This document shows positions 29,021 to 38,185 of a DNA stretch of 64,000 nt, one piece after another. The notes under the pieces were generated by a model. It searched no databases and had not been told where the DNA came from. It saw only the letters and a list, made by a program, of their open reading frames with translations. The position numbers and the translations under genes are program-made. This DNA comes from Spirochaetia bacterium (GTDB lineage: Bacteria > Spirochaetota > Spirochaetia > DSM-2461), in contig OY764216.1 of assembly GCA_963668315.1 (NCBI GenBank), forward strand, positions 288,001 through 352,000, in the 5' to 3' direction. How positions within the stretch are numbered: the first letter of the stretch is position 1; each line of letters opens with the position of its first letter.

Positions 29021-29882
29021 CCGCCGGCATCCCTATTTTCAGTTCCCCCGAGGGATTCTCCACCCGGATTTTTACTTCATATACAAGAGTATCCCTGGTT
29101 TCACCGGTAAGTATGGTCTTGGGGGTGAACTCGCCCTCCGAAGCGATCCAGCCGACCGTCCCCTCCAGCGGAGCATCTCTGCCCGTGAGAAAGACCGATA
29201 CGGACTGTCCTATTTTCGCCCGGGGCAGATCGGCCAGAGGCAGATAGATATACAGATCCAATACGGACAGGTCGGCGATTTCCAGAAGGGGCGTCCCCAC
29301 GCTGACCAGTTCTCCCCGGCGGTGATATTTATTCAGGATAATTCCGTCCGAAGGAGACAGGACAGAGGTGTTCTCTATGGATAAGTCGATCAGCTCCAGT
29401 CCGGCCCGGATCTCCTCCTCCTGTATCTGGAGCAGTTCCCACTGACTGTTGAGTATTTTCAGGTTCGCCTCTCCTACATCCACCTGGGCGGACTGCTCGT
29501 CACGGGTCTGTTCCGTGGCCCCTCCGCTCTTCAGAAGGTTTTCGGTTTTTCTCAGAAGATCACGGTTCAGATTCAGCTGGGTCTCGGCCTGCTCTATCCT
29601 GTATCGGGCCGTCTGCCGCTGGTTTTCCAGCTCATTCAGGCGGAGGGCCTGCTGTTTTCTCTGAATAAGAAGATTCTCCCTGTCTATGCGTCCCAGCACC
29701 TGCCCTTCCCTCACGGAATCGCCTTCGCTTATGTCAAACGCCACCAGCTCCCCGGCGGCCCGGGCGGAAATAACCGTTTTTTCTCCATCCAGCCTTCCCA
29801 TGTATACCGGATCATTCCCGTCTGAGCCGCAGGAGACCAGTGCCAATCCTGCCAGCAGGACACCCCATCGGATGTTTCTCAT
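29007..29882 (-). CDS. HlyD-family periplasmic adaptor (YbhG-like lipoprotein)
   Basis: Lipobox LVSC, EGDSVREGQ, EFTPKTI, LKIGMPADV. Confidence 0.92.
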   Translation of the reverse strand: MRNIRWGVLLAGLALVSCGSDGNDPVYMGRLDGEKTVISARAAGELVAFDISEGDSVREGQVLGRIDRENLLIQRKQQALRLNELENQRQTARYRIEQAETQLNLNRDLLRKTENLLKSGGATEQTRDEQSAQVDVGEANLKILNSQWELLQIQEEEIRAGLELIDLSIENTSVLSPSDGIILNKYHRRGELVSVGTPLLEIADLSVLDLYIYLPLADLPRAKIGQSVSVFLTGRDAPLEGTVGWIASEGEFTPKTILTGETRDTLVYEVKIRVENPSGELKIGMPADVRF

Positions 29883-30545
29883 CTATTCGCTCCTTTTCCC
29901 GCCGATACCGTAATAGAACTGATTAAAAACGGCCTCTTTTCTCTGTTCCAGGAAGGCCTGCCTGTCAAACTGATCAAGGAATCCTTCTCTCTTCCCTATC
30001 TCCCGGATAATCGGTTCGGCCATGGCGAAATAGAGACAGGCTCCCAGCAGACTCAGGATGAACTGGATGGGATCAACGGGACGGATTTCCCCCTTCTCTA
30101 TCGCCCGGGCGATATGGATTCTCATCACTGTCGTGACGGGAATCTCCTGCAGGGAGAGGATATCATGAAGGATGGAGCAGACGACCTCCCCCCCCCGGGA
30201 CAGCTCCTGCATCAGAAAAAGGGGAATCCGGGGATTGAGCCCCGTGGCATCCACGACGGAATTGATGAAGGACCTCAGAAAATCCTCGAAATTCTCCTTG
30301 CCCTCAGTCTGCCCCAGAACGGTAGTAAAGAAATACTCCATTACCCGCCATACCGTCTCACGGTAGAGTTTTTCCTTGGAGCGGAAATAGTAGTGTACCA
30401 GAGATTTCTTCAATCCGGCCCGGTCCGCAATGGACTGCATACGGGCTCCGTTCCATCCTTCGGCGATAAATTCATCCATCGCCGCTTCAAGAATCTTCGT
30501 TTCCTTCTCGCCCAGGCGGGAATCTTTCCAATCGAATAACGCCAT
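29883..30545 (-). CDS. TetR/AcrR family regulator
   Basis: ILEAAMDEF...IADRAGLKKSLVHYYFRSKEKL; SD AGGAG before ATG 30545. Confidence 0.93.
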   Translation of the reverse strand: MALFDWKDSRLGEKETKILEAAMDEFIAEGWNGARMQSIADRAGLKKSLVHYYFRSKEKLYRETVWRVMEYFFTTVLGQTEGKENFEDFLRSFINSVVDATGLNPRIPLFLMQELSRGGEVVCSILHDILSLQEIPVTTVMRIHIARAIEKGEIRPVDPIQFILSLLGACLYFAMAEPIIREIGKREGFLDQFDRQAFLEQRKEAVFNQFYYGIGGKRSE

Positions 30546-30555
30546 GAAACTCTCC

Positions 30556-30612
30556 TGACCATTTAGTCTGACCATCTGGTCAAACTTTAATAAAAAAAAA
30601 GCCCCCTGTCAA
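30556..30612 (-). promoter_or_regulatory. Promoter and tandem TetR operators of the efflux operon
   Basis: TTGACA(30607-12)-N17-TAAAGT(30584-89); palindrome TGACCATCTGGTCA 30569-30582 and degenerate copy TGACCATTTAGTCT 30556-30569. Confidence 0.75.
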
Positions 30613-30642
30613 GAGAAGAGGCGAATTTGACCCGAATGTGTT

Positions 30643-31728
30643 CTACCGATCGGGAGAAAAGGGCAGGATAACGGTAAAAACAGCGCCCTTTCCCGGTCCC
30701 TCCGATTCCGCACAGATCTCTCCTCCGTGGGCGGAGACGATTTTACCGGCAATGGATAGTCCCAGGCCGGAACCGGTCTCCCGGTCAGAGCGGCTGCGCG
30801 CTTTATCCGCCTTATGGAACCGGTCGAATATGAAGGGAAGCTCTTCCCGGGGCACGCCGGCCCCCTCATTGCTCAGGGTGACGGTCAGGAAACGATCCCC
30901 GGGGCGGAGGGAAAAGCTTATCTCCCCGCCGGGGGGAGTAAATTTCACCGCATTATGAAAAAGATTATTCCAGACGCGCACCAGAAGATCCCGGTCGGCC
31001 CGGATTGTCTCTTCGGAAAGATCAACAAGGACATTCTGATTTTTCTCTCTCCACTGGGGTTCATAATGAAGCACCACTTCCCTGATCTGTCTGTCCAGCC
31101 TGTAGTCCCTCAGACTCAGCATCAGATCGGGAGATTCCAGCCTTGTCATAGAGAGCAGATCCTCGCTCAACCGTGAGAGGCGGAGACTCTCGTCCTCTAT
31201 GATTTCCAGATAGTCCCTCCGTTTATCCGGCTCCAGCTCTTCCTCCTTGAGTATCCGCGCAAACCCCCGTATGGATGTGAGAGGAGACTGGATTTCATGG
31301 GACATGTCGGAAATAAAGTTCTGCCGCATCTCCTCGGCCTGCCTGAGGGAATCGGTCATCTCATTCAGACCGCCCACCAGCCGGTCGAAGTGGCCGTGGC
31401 CGTCATGAATATTAAGATCGATGTCATAATCACCCCGGGCTATCTTGCCGAAGGCTTCGGCAAGCTGAACGAAAGGATCGTCGCGGCGGGGCCGGTGGAA
31501 ATGAAGGAGGATTTTTCCTTCCCCGAGAATCACAACGACGGACAGAAGAAAAAGGAACGTGAACCCGAGAAGTTCCGGTGCGGTCCAGCCGATTCTCCTG
31601 TATAGAACGTGCAGCATCAGAGAGGCCAGTACCCCATGTCCCCATAAATACAGCAGCCCCAATACAGTTCTGCCGAGAATGGCCCACATATCTCCGGAGC
31701 GGAGGCGGGACGGCGTTTTCCTCTTCAC
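30643..31728 (-). CDS. HAMP sensor histidine kinase (HssS/HitS-like, intramembrane-sensing)
   Basis: Two TMs with a short loop, HAMP, SHEIQSPLTSIRGF, NLFHNAVKF, GSGLGLSI. Confidence 0.92.
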   Translation of the reverse strand: MKRKTPSRLRSGDMWAILGRTVLGLLYLWGHGVLASLMLHVLYRRIGWTAPELLGFTFLFLLSVVVILGEGKILLHFHRPRRDDPFVQLAEAFGKIARGDYDIDLNIHDGHGHFDRLVGGLNEMTDSLRQAEEMRQNFISDMSHEIQSPLTSIRGFARILKEEELEPDKRRDYLEIIEDESLRLSRLSEDLLSMTRLESPDLMLSLRDYRLDRQIREVVLHYEPQWREKNQNVLVDLSEETIRADRDLLVRVWNNLFHNAVKFTPPGGEISFSLRPGDRFLTVTLSNEGAGVPREELPFIFDRFHKADKARSRSDRETGSGLGLSIAGKIVSAHGGEICAESEGPGKGAVFTVILPFSPDR

Positions 31729-32399
31729 GGTTTCACCGCCAGCCTATAGCCCAGCCCCCTCACCGTCTGGAGAGTGAAAGGATACCTGTCAGGGGGAAAG
31801 CGGTCCCGTAATCTGTTAATATGAACGTCCACGGTTCTTTCCGTCCCGTCGAAATCGTAACCCCAGATATCCTCAAGGATCTGTTCCCGGGTGAATGTCC
31901 TCCCCGGTGATCCGGCCAGTTTGAAAAGCAGCTCAAATTCCTTTCGGGGAATATCTCTGGCAACGCCGGCCTCTATGACTTCGTAGCGGCCCCCCTCAAG
32001 GACGAGATGGCCCAGCGTCCTCCTCTGGGAGGCCTCCACGCCGGATCTTCTCAGAAGAGCTCTGACCCGGGCCAGCAGCTCGGGGGCCTCAAAAGGCTTG
32101 ACCAGATAATCGTCGCCCCCCAGTTCCAGCCCCTTGACCTTGTCTACCGTCTGACCTTTGGCGGAAAGCATGAGGAGGGGAAAATCCCACATCGCCCTTA
32201 TCCGCCGGCAGAGTTCCCAGCCGTCCATACGGGGCATCATGATATCCAGAACAGCCAGAGAGACACTCACTTCGTCCAGCAGGGCCAGAGCCTCTTCCCC
32301 GTCGCAGGCGGTAAGCACCTCGAATCCGGCGGTGCTCAGGACATGGGAGACAAGCTGCCGGATATGTTCGTCATCGTCGACAATCAGTATGCGCGTCAT
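31725..32399 (-). CDS. OmpR-family response regulator (HssR/HitR-like)
   Basis: IVDDD, LDIMMP, KPF, ERTVDVHINRLR, TVRGLGY. Confidence 0.94.
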   Translation of the reverse strand: MTRILIVDDDEHIRQLVSHVLSTAGFEVLTACDGEEALALLDEVSVSLAVLDIMMPRMDGWELCRRIRAMWDFPLLMLSAKGQTVDKVKGLELGGDDYLVKPFEAPELLARVRALLRRSGVEASQRRTLGHLVLEGGRYEVIEAGVARDIPRKEFELLFKLAGSPGRTFTREQILEDIWGYDFDGTERTVDVHINRLRDRFPPDRYPFTLQTVRGLGYRLAVKP

Positions 32400-32409
32400 A
32401 ATTTTCAGT

Positions 32410-34191
32410 TTACATGACCGGAAGGGCGGAACGCAACTGATGCTCTGCGTATCGGCGGTATGTTCTGTGATAATCCATCAGCTCCTCATGACTGCCGGTT
32501 CCGGAGAGACGGCCGTCCTCGACAAAGAGAATCTGATCCGCATCGACTACGGTGGAGAGTCTGTGGGCGATTATGAGAACGGTTCTCCCCTTCATAAGGT
32601 TCTTTAAAGCCTCTTGTACCCAGATTTCCGAATCACTGTCCAGGCTGGCCGTCGCCTCATCAAGCATCAGAATCTCCGGCTGTCTGAGAAACGCCCGGGC
32701 TATGGCGATACGCTGCCTCTGGCCGCCGGAAAGTTTTATCCCCCGCTCTCCCACCCGGGTCTCATACCCCTCGGGGAAGGCGGAGATAAAATCATGGGCA
32801 TAGGCCATCTTAGCCGCCTCCCGGAGCGGCTCTTCTCCGACAGGCCCGGACAGGCCGTAGATAATATTCTCCCTCACGGTTCCGTCGATCATGGAAGTGT
32901 CCTGGCTCACATAGCCGATTTTCGATCGCCAGGAATCCAGGGCTATATCGCCGATATTGCGGCACCCCAGAAGAATCTCCCCTTTATCGGGATTGTAGAA
33001 TCGCTCGATGAGGGAGAACAAGGTGGTTTTTCCTCCTCCCGATGGGCCGACGATCGCCGTGACCTCCCCCGGCTCCAGGGAAAAATCCATATCCCTGATC
33101 AGGGGAGCATCGGGGGAATAGGAGAAGTCCACTCCGTTGAAACTCAACCGATATGACGCCGAATCAACGGCCTCTCCCGACCGCCCTTCCTCTTCGGTAC
33201 CGAGAATGGCGATAATACTTTCCGTAGCTCCTCTGGCCTTACTGAACTGGGTAGAGAACATGGTCACCTGTGTCATGGGCATGATAATCTGTATAAGATA
33301 GAGAATGAAGGCAACCAGATCCCCCGCCGTCAGCGTTCCCGTTGAGACCCGGTATCCGCCGTAGCCTATGATGGCGACAAGCAGAGCCATCATAACAAAG
33401 GACATAAGAGGACTGATCAGCGCCTGGACCTTTCCTTCCTTCAGTCCGAAGCGGAAAAGGTTGCCTATTTTTTCCTCTCCCCTTTTATATTCGTAATCCT
33501 CCGCACCGGATGCTTTGACCAGCCGGATCTCTCCCAGCACCTGGGTGAGGACGGCGGTGAAACGGGCGTTCTCGTTCATCGTATCCCGGGCGATATGATG
33601 CATCCGCCTGCCCATGGGCATCAGAATCGCCAGGGCCAGGGGAACGGAAGCTGTCATAAGCAGGGACATTTTCCAGTCCAGGCAGATAAGGAGAACAGCC
33701 GCTCCGGCGATAGATATGATTCCCGTAACAAAACCGGTCAGATTCGTAGTGATCAGTTCCCTGATTACGGCCGTATCGTTTATCATACGGGATATCATAT
33801 CTCCCGAGCTGTGGGCATCGAAATAGGATACGGGAAGGGATATCTGCTTTCTCCAGAGGAGCTGCCTCATCGAGGCGACGATTTTCTGTCCCGTGTAGTT
33901 GAGGATGTAAGCAGCCAGGGCGGAAAGAATCATCTGCAGAAGAAAAGCACCCGCCAGAAGAAAAATCCGGGACATATCGAGGGACGACAGGGCGAACCCA
34001 TCGACCAGATCCTTGGTAAACAGGGGAACGACCAGCTGGGCCGCCGTATTCATCAGGCTGAAAAACAGGGCGATACCGATAAGGACGACAGGCGGTTCCG
34101 TCCTGGCGATAAGTCCCGTGAAATGGGACAGGGTGAAGTTTTTTCCGTCATCGGCCGGTTTGTAATCGGCCGTTTCATAACCGTGCGGCAT
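32410..34191 (-). CDS. Multidrug ABC exporter, BmrA(YvcC)-like
   Basis: TMD+NBD; strong resemblance to B. subtilis BmrA (LVDGF, NYTGQKI, LPVSYFD, EIRLVKAS); SD AAGGAGG before ATG 34191, alternative start 34233. Confidence 0.92.
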   Translation of the reverse strand: MPHGYETADYKPADDGKNFTLSHFTGLIARTEPPVVLIGIALFFSLMNTAAQLVVPLFTKDLVDGFALSSLDMSRIFLLAGAFLLQMILSALAAYILNYTGQKIVASMRQLLWRKQISLPVSYFDAHSSGDMISRMINDTAVIRELITTNLTGFVTGIISIAGAAVLLICLDWKMSLLMTASVPLALAILMPMGRRMHHIARDTMNENARFTAVLTQVLGEIRLVKASGAEDYEYKRGEEKIGNLFRFGLKEGKVQALISPLMSFVMMALLVAIIGYGGYRVSTGTLTAGDLVAFILYLIQIIMPMTQVTMFSTQFSKARGATESIIAILGTEEEGRSGEAVDSASYRLSFNGVDFSYSPDAPLIRDMDFSLEPGEVTAIVGPSGGGKTTLFSLIERFYNPDKGEILLGCRNIGDIALDSWRSKIGYVSQDTSMIDGTVRENIIYGLSGPVGEEPLREAAKMAYAHDFISAFPEGYETRVGERGIKLSGGQRQRIAIARAFLRQPEILMLDEATASLDSDSEIWVQEALKNLMKGRTVLIIAHRLSTVVDADQILFVEDGRLSGTGSHEELMDYHRTYRRYAEHQLRSALPVM

Positions 34192-34264
34192 ATTTTCCTC
34201 CTTTACTGGGGTAAGCGCAGGACGCTTCGCCATTTCGCTTTACCCGGGGACAGAATAAAAGAGG

Positions 34265-34284
34265 AATGTAAACTCAGTGTAAAC
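34265..34284 (-). promoter_or_regulatory. OmpR-type direct repeat GTTTACACT-GA-GTTTACATT
   Basis: 9-bp repeat with 11-bp period upstream of the exporter-RR-HK operon. Confidence 0.7.
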
Positions 34285-34285
34285 G

Positions 34286-34317
34286 AAAAAAAAGCGCTGC
34301 CGGGGCAGCGCTTTTTC
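34286..34317 (-). terminator. Intrinsic terminator (bidirectional architecture)
   Basis: A8-GCGCTGCC-GG-GGCAGCGC-T6 just after the lipoprotein stop. Confidence 0.85.
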
Positions 34318-34321
34318 TGGA

Positions 34322-34900
34322 CTATTCCTGAACCGGGGGAGCGGCCGCCGGTCCTGCGGGAACCGTGGTCTGCAGCTGGGGAGCCTCCGCCGCGGCTGCC
34401 TGTTCCGCTGCCGCCTGCTCCTTCATCCGTTCCTCCGCCATTTTCTGCAGAGCTTCATTAACATCGTAAGCCGTTCCGTCCGCCACAAGGTCGGACACTT
34501 CCTGGGTGTTGTTATCAAAAGAAAAAGCCAGTTCGGTTACCGACGATCCCGCCAGAGTCAGATCAAAGATCATGGCCCCTTCCTGGGTTACGTTAACCGT
34601 ACCGCTCATACCGGACAGGGGAAGCCCCTCCAGATCCTCGGGAGAAGCCCCCATGGCGCTCAGGGCATCGGCCACCACGTAATCCGTATAGGTAACGACG
34701 GCCTGTGTCTGGTCTTCACTTACTTCGATGGCGGCATTCTCAACGGGCATACCGTAAAGAAGCATCATAAAAGACATGGACTGGATACCAAATACATTGC
34801 CCACCAGTTCCGCCATTTCCTCTTCCTTGCCGCCCTTCTCACAGGATACGGCAAAAAGCAGAATAAGCCCCAGAAACAGGGCAGAGATTTTCTTAAACAT
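34322..34900 (-). CDS. Hypothetical lipoprotein with Ala/Pro/Gln-rich tail
   Basis: MFKK...FAVSC lipobox; SD GGAGG; promoter TTGACA(34973-78)-N17-TAGAAT(34950-55). Confidence 0.8.
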   Translation of the reverse strand: MFKKISALFLGLILLFAVSCEKGGKEEEMAELVGNVFGIQSMSFMMLLYGMPVENAAIEVSEDQTQAVVTYTDYVVADALSAMGASPEDLEGLPLSGMSGTVNVTQEGAMIFDLTLAGSSVTELAFSFDNNTQEVSDLVADGTAYDVNEALQKMAEERMKEQAAAEQAAAAEAPQLQTTVPAGPAAAPPVQE

Positions 34901-35002
34901 TATACTACCTCCCGAAAACACACTCTCGGGAGAGTACGCATTCCGAACCATTCTAGTGGGATATGATTCTTCTGTCAACGAAAGATTCGGGCCGGAGCCG
35001 TT

Positions 35003-36676
35003 CTACAGAGAGAAAATGGCCGCCTCCCAGGGACGCAGCCGCCGGCAGCCCGGTTTCTCCCAGCCGGGATAGTTCCCCAGAAGGCGCGTTCCCGCAGCGG
35101 CTTTGAGCTTTCGGGGCAGCCGGAAATATTTTCTCCTCGATGTAAAATTCAAGACAACAAGGAGAGTTTCTCCCTCCTGGGAGCGGGTATAGGCGACGAC
35201 AGGCTTATCCGGGGAGGTGAGCAATTCATATTCGCCGTAGACCATGGCGGGATGCTTCTTTCTCAGGGAGATCAGTTCCCGGTAGAAGTACCATATGGAA
35301 TTCCCGTCCTTCCGGGCCCTTTCCACATTGATCTCTGCATAATTGGGGTTCACCCTGATCCAGGGAGTTCCCGTGGTAAAACCCGCATGGGCGGAATCGT
35401 CCCACTGCATGGGAGTCCGGGCATTCTCCCGTGTCCATTTCCGCCAGCGGGACAGAAAGCTCTCTTCCGACTCCCCCTGGGCGGCACATTTCGCCCAGTC
35501 ATTCCTGAGGGCGACATCATTGATATCATCCATCCGCTCGAAGGGAACATTCGTCATTCCGATCTCCTCCCCCTGGTAGATATAGGGGGAACCGGGCATG
35601 GTATGAAGATAGGCACCCAGCAGCTTGGCCGATTCGATCCGGTACTCGGCGTCATCTCCCCAGACGGAAACCTGCCGGGGAAGATCGTGATTATTGAAGA
35701 ACTGACTGTTCCAGCCCCTGCCCCAGGTCGCATCATACCATCTCTGCTGAATACGGTTGAGCTGCCCGATTCTCTTCTTTGAGGGGAATTGCCGGGGCAG
35801 GCCGCAAATCTCAAAGTGAAAGATCATATTGAGTTCCTCCCTTTCGGGAGCGACGTAATCGCAGGCCATGGCCGGGGTGGTCATATTCATCTCGGCCACA
35901 GTCATCACATCGTATCGGGATAGAGCCTTTTGATACATCTCGTGGAAAATACCGTGCAGACCGGGGTTATGGGAGTATAGCTCCTCGTCCAGCACATAGC
36001 CGTCCTGATGGGTCGGAGCCTTTTTCGAATCGGGGAAGCCCTCGGGTTTCTGCATCAGATGCACCGCGTCCATGCGGAATCCATCGATTCCCTTGTCGAG
36101 CCACCACGTCATCATATTCAGGATTTCGCTTCTCAGCCCGGGGCAGTCCCAGTTCAGATCGGGCTGCTTCCGGCTGAAGAAATGCAGGTAATACTCGCCT
36201 GTGGCCTCATCATACTCCCAGGCGGAACCGTGGAAGAGAGATTCCCAGTTATTGGGGGGCCGTCTCTTACCATCTTCCATCCGGCCCGGCCGCCATACAT
36301 AATAGTCCCGGAAGGGGTTATCCAGGCTCTTCCGGGATTCAACGAACCAGGGATGCTCATCGGATGAGTGGTTTACTACCAGGTCCATAATCAGCTTGAT
36401 ACCCCGGCGATGGCACTGTTCAAGGAGTGTTTCCCAGTCCTCCATCGTGCCGAACTCATCCATTATATCCCGGTAATCGGAGATATCGTAGCCATTATCG
36501 TCGTTGGGCGATTTGTAGACCGGATTCAGCCAGATCACATCAATGCCCAGATCTTTAAGATAATCAAGCCGGGAAATCACACCGGGAATATCACCGATCC
36601 CGTCTCCGTCGGAATCCATAAAACTCCGTACATAAACCTGATATATAACCGCTTCTTTCCACCATGCTTTTTCCAA
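35003..36676 (-). CDS. GH13 oligo-1,6-glucosidase / alpha-glucosidase
   Basis: DLVVNH, QPDLNW, DGFRMDAV, VAE, FNNHD, YQGEEIGM, RTPMQW; TTG start with SD GAGGAG. Confidence 0.94.
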   Translation of the reverse strand: MEKAWWKEAVIYQVYVRSFMDSDGDGIGDIPGVISRLDYLKDLGIDVIWLNPVYKSPNDDNGYDISDYRDIMDEFGTMEDWETLLEQCHRRGIKLIMDLVVNHSSDEHPWFVESRKSLDNPFRDYYVWRPGRMEDGKRRPPNNWESLFHGSAWEYDEATGEYYLHFFSRKQPDLNWDCPGLRSEILNMMTWWLDKGIDGFRMDAVHLMQKPEGFPDSKKAPTHQDGYVLDEELYSHNPGLHGIFHEMYQKALSRYDVMTVAEMNMTTPAMACDYVAPEREELNMIFHFEICGLPRQFPSKKRIGQLNRIQQRWYDATWGRGWNSQFFNNHDLPRQVSVWGDDAEYRIESAKLLGAYLHTMPGSPYIYQGEEIGMTNVPFERMDDINDVALRNDWAKCAAQGESEESFLSRWRKWTRENARTPMQWDDSAHAGFTTGTPWIRVNPNYAEINVERARKDGNSIWYFYRELISLRKKHPAMVYGEYELLTSPDKPVVAYTRSQEGETLLVVLNFTSRRKYFRLPRKLKAAAGTRLLGNYPGWEKPGCRRLRPWEAAIFSL

Positions 36677-36723
36677 GGAAGACTCCTCTCTCTTATGAAA
36701 TGCCGAATTATGGCAATACCTTC

Positions 36724-36764
36724 AGTATAAAAGAGGATTTCAGATTACGCAATCGTTTGCATAA
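36724..36764 (-). promoter_or_regulatory. Glucosidase promoter with LacI-family operator over the -35
   Basis: TTGCGT-N17-TATACT; palindrome TTATGCAAACGATTGCGTAA (36745-36764) with central AAACG. Confidence 0.72.
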
Positions 36765-36789
36765 GAAATGGAAAGAGTACCGGGAAGAT

Positions 36790-36819
36790 AAAGAAAAGGG
36801 CCTGCAACGCAGGCCCTTT
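36790..36819 (-). terminator. Intrinsic terminator with no upstream CDS on this strand
   Basis: AAAGGGCCTGC-GTT-GCAGGCCCTTTTCTTT. Confidence 0.8.
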
Positions 36820-36899
36820 AAGGAGGGAGTTCTTATGAAAAAAAAGTTCACATTCTAGTTAAATGTTGTTCTTTTCCGGGACATTGTCCCTGTGCTGTT
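36790..36899 (-). ncRNA. Candidate trans-acting sRNA with anti-SD/anti-AUG seed
   Basis: -10 TATATT at 36906-11, 5' hairpin 36878-90, unpaired UUUUUUUUCAUAAGAACUCCCUCCUU, terminator 36790-36819. Confidence 0.6.
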
Positions 36900-36983
36900 G
36901 AGATAAATATAATCTATGAGCCTTTCCCCAACATTACCGTACCGTTACATTGATGTAATATTCTTTTGATAATGTCACAAAGG

Positions 36984-38185
36984 TTTGACATAATTTTCTG
37001 AAATATCGGGTTTTCCCCTCAAAAAATCCTCCCTTCTATTAGTGACTTGAAAGAAGGAGGTTCACATTGTCCAATCAGATTTACTGCCCTAATCCGAAGT
37101 GCGTTAATCATCCTCATACATCTGAAAGCAATTCCTGGATACGTAAGAAGGGCTTTGTAAAAACAAAGAGGGATGGCATGGTTCAACGTTATCAATGCAA
37201 GGACTGTTTATCCACATTCTCTCTATCTTATTTCACAATAGACCATTATGTTCAAAAGAAGCTTTCTTATCCCACCCTTCTGAACCATCTTGTCAGCGGT
37301 TCAGGCATCAGAGATATGGCGCGGGCCATGCATTCCTCACCCAGTATCATCACGAACCGCATTCAACGTCTGTCGAAGAGAATAACTTCTGTATGTCCTA
37401 AGGAAATCCATGATTTGGAGCTCAGTGAATCGGTGGCCGCCGACGGGTTGGAAAACTTCATTCTCTCCCAGTATTTCCCGACCAATGTAAATATCCTGGC
37501 CGGTCAACGATCCCAATTTATCTACACCTTCAATGCCTACCACTTTAAACGTAAGGGAGCCTGCACAGAAGAACAGAAAAAAAGAAAATCAGAGCTCTAT
37601 GAATCAGCCTTGTTTGAGAAGGGAGCTGCCTCCCGGAGTTTCAGGGAGATACTGCGCTTTCTTTCGGAAAAATCAGAAAAATCTTCCTTGCCCTCAGTTA
37701 TTCTTGATACGGATGAACACCCCATCTATCGCCATCAGTTTGAACAATACGAATTTCTTTCACACAAAATACGCCACAGAAGGACGAACTCCCGAATAGA
37801 ACGGAATTATCAAAACAAATTATTTCCCTGCAACTATATAGACAGACAGATAAGAAAGGATTTAGCCGAATATATACGGGAGACGGTTCAGTTTGGAAGA
37901 AATATGAATAACAGTATGGACAGATTTTCCTGCTACTGCTTCTGGCATAATTTCCTTAAACCTTTTCGAATAAATAAAAGGAACAGAAAATACCTTACAC
38001 ATAGTCACGCTGCGGGTTTTACACCGGAAAAAAACAGGGAGATAATTAACGAGGTTTTCCATGGATGCAGAAAAAGAGAAGAGGATTTTATGGAGTATCT
38101 TACGGATTTTCAGAAAGCTCACTGGAAGAGAACTCTTCTGAATCCGTTAAATAAAAAAGCGGTCTAGGAACGAATTGATGTCAAA
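36984..38185 (+). mobile_element. Putative insertion sequence, about 1.2 kb, IS1-like
   Basis: Low-GC segment; imperfect terminal IRs TTTGACAT-AATT / AATTG-ATGTCAAA; no clear target duplication. Confidence 0.6.
37067..38167 (+). CDS. IS1-like DDE transposase with N-terminal zinc ribbon and HTH
   Basis: CPNPKC...QRYQCKDC, GSGIRDMAR HTH, ADGLE, DTDEHPIY, NYIDRQIRK; TTG start with SD AAGGAGG. Confidence 0.8.
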   Translation: MSNQIYCPNPKCVNHPHTSESNSWIRKKGFVKTKRDGMVQRYQCKDCLSTFSLSYFTIDHYVQKKLSYPTLLNHLVSGSGIRDMARAMHSSPSIITNRIQRLSKRITSVCPKEIHDLELSESVAADGLENFILSQYFPTNVNILAGQRSQFIYTFNAYHFKRKGACTEEQKKRKSELYESALFEKGAASRSFREILRFLSEKSEKSSLPSVILDTDEHPIYRHQFEQYEFLSHKIRHRRTNSRIERNYQNKLFPCNYIDRQIRKDLAEYIRETVQFGRNMNNSMDRFSCYCFWHNFLKPFRINKRNRKYLTHSHAAGFTPEKNREIINEVFHGCRKREEDFMEYLTDFQKAHWKRTLLNPLNKKAV

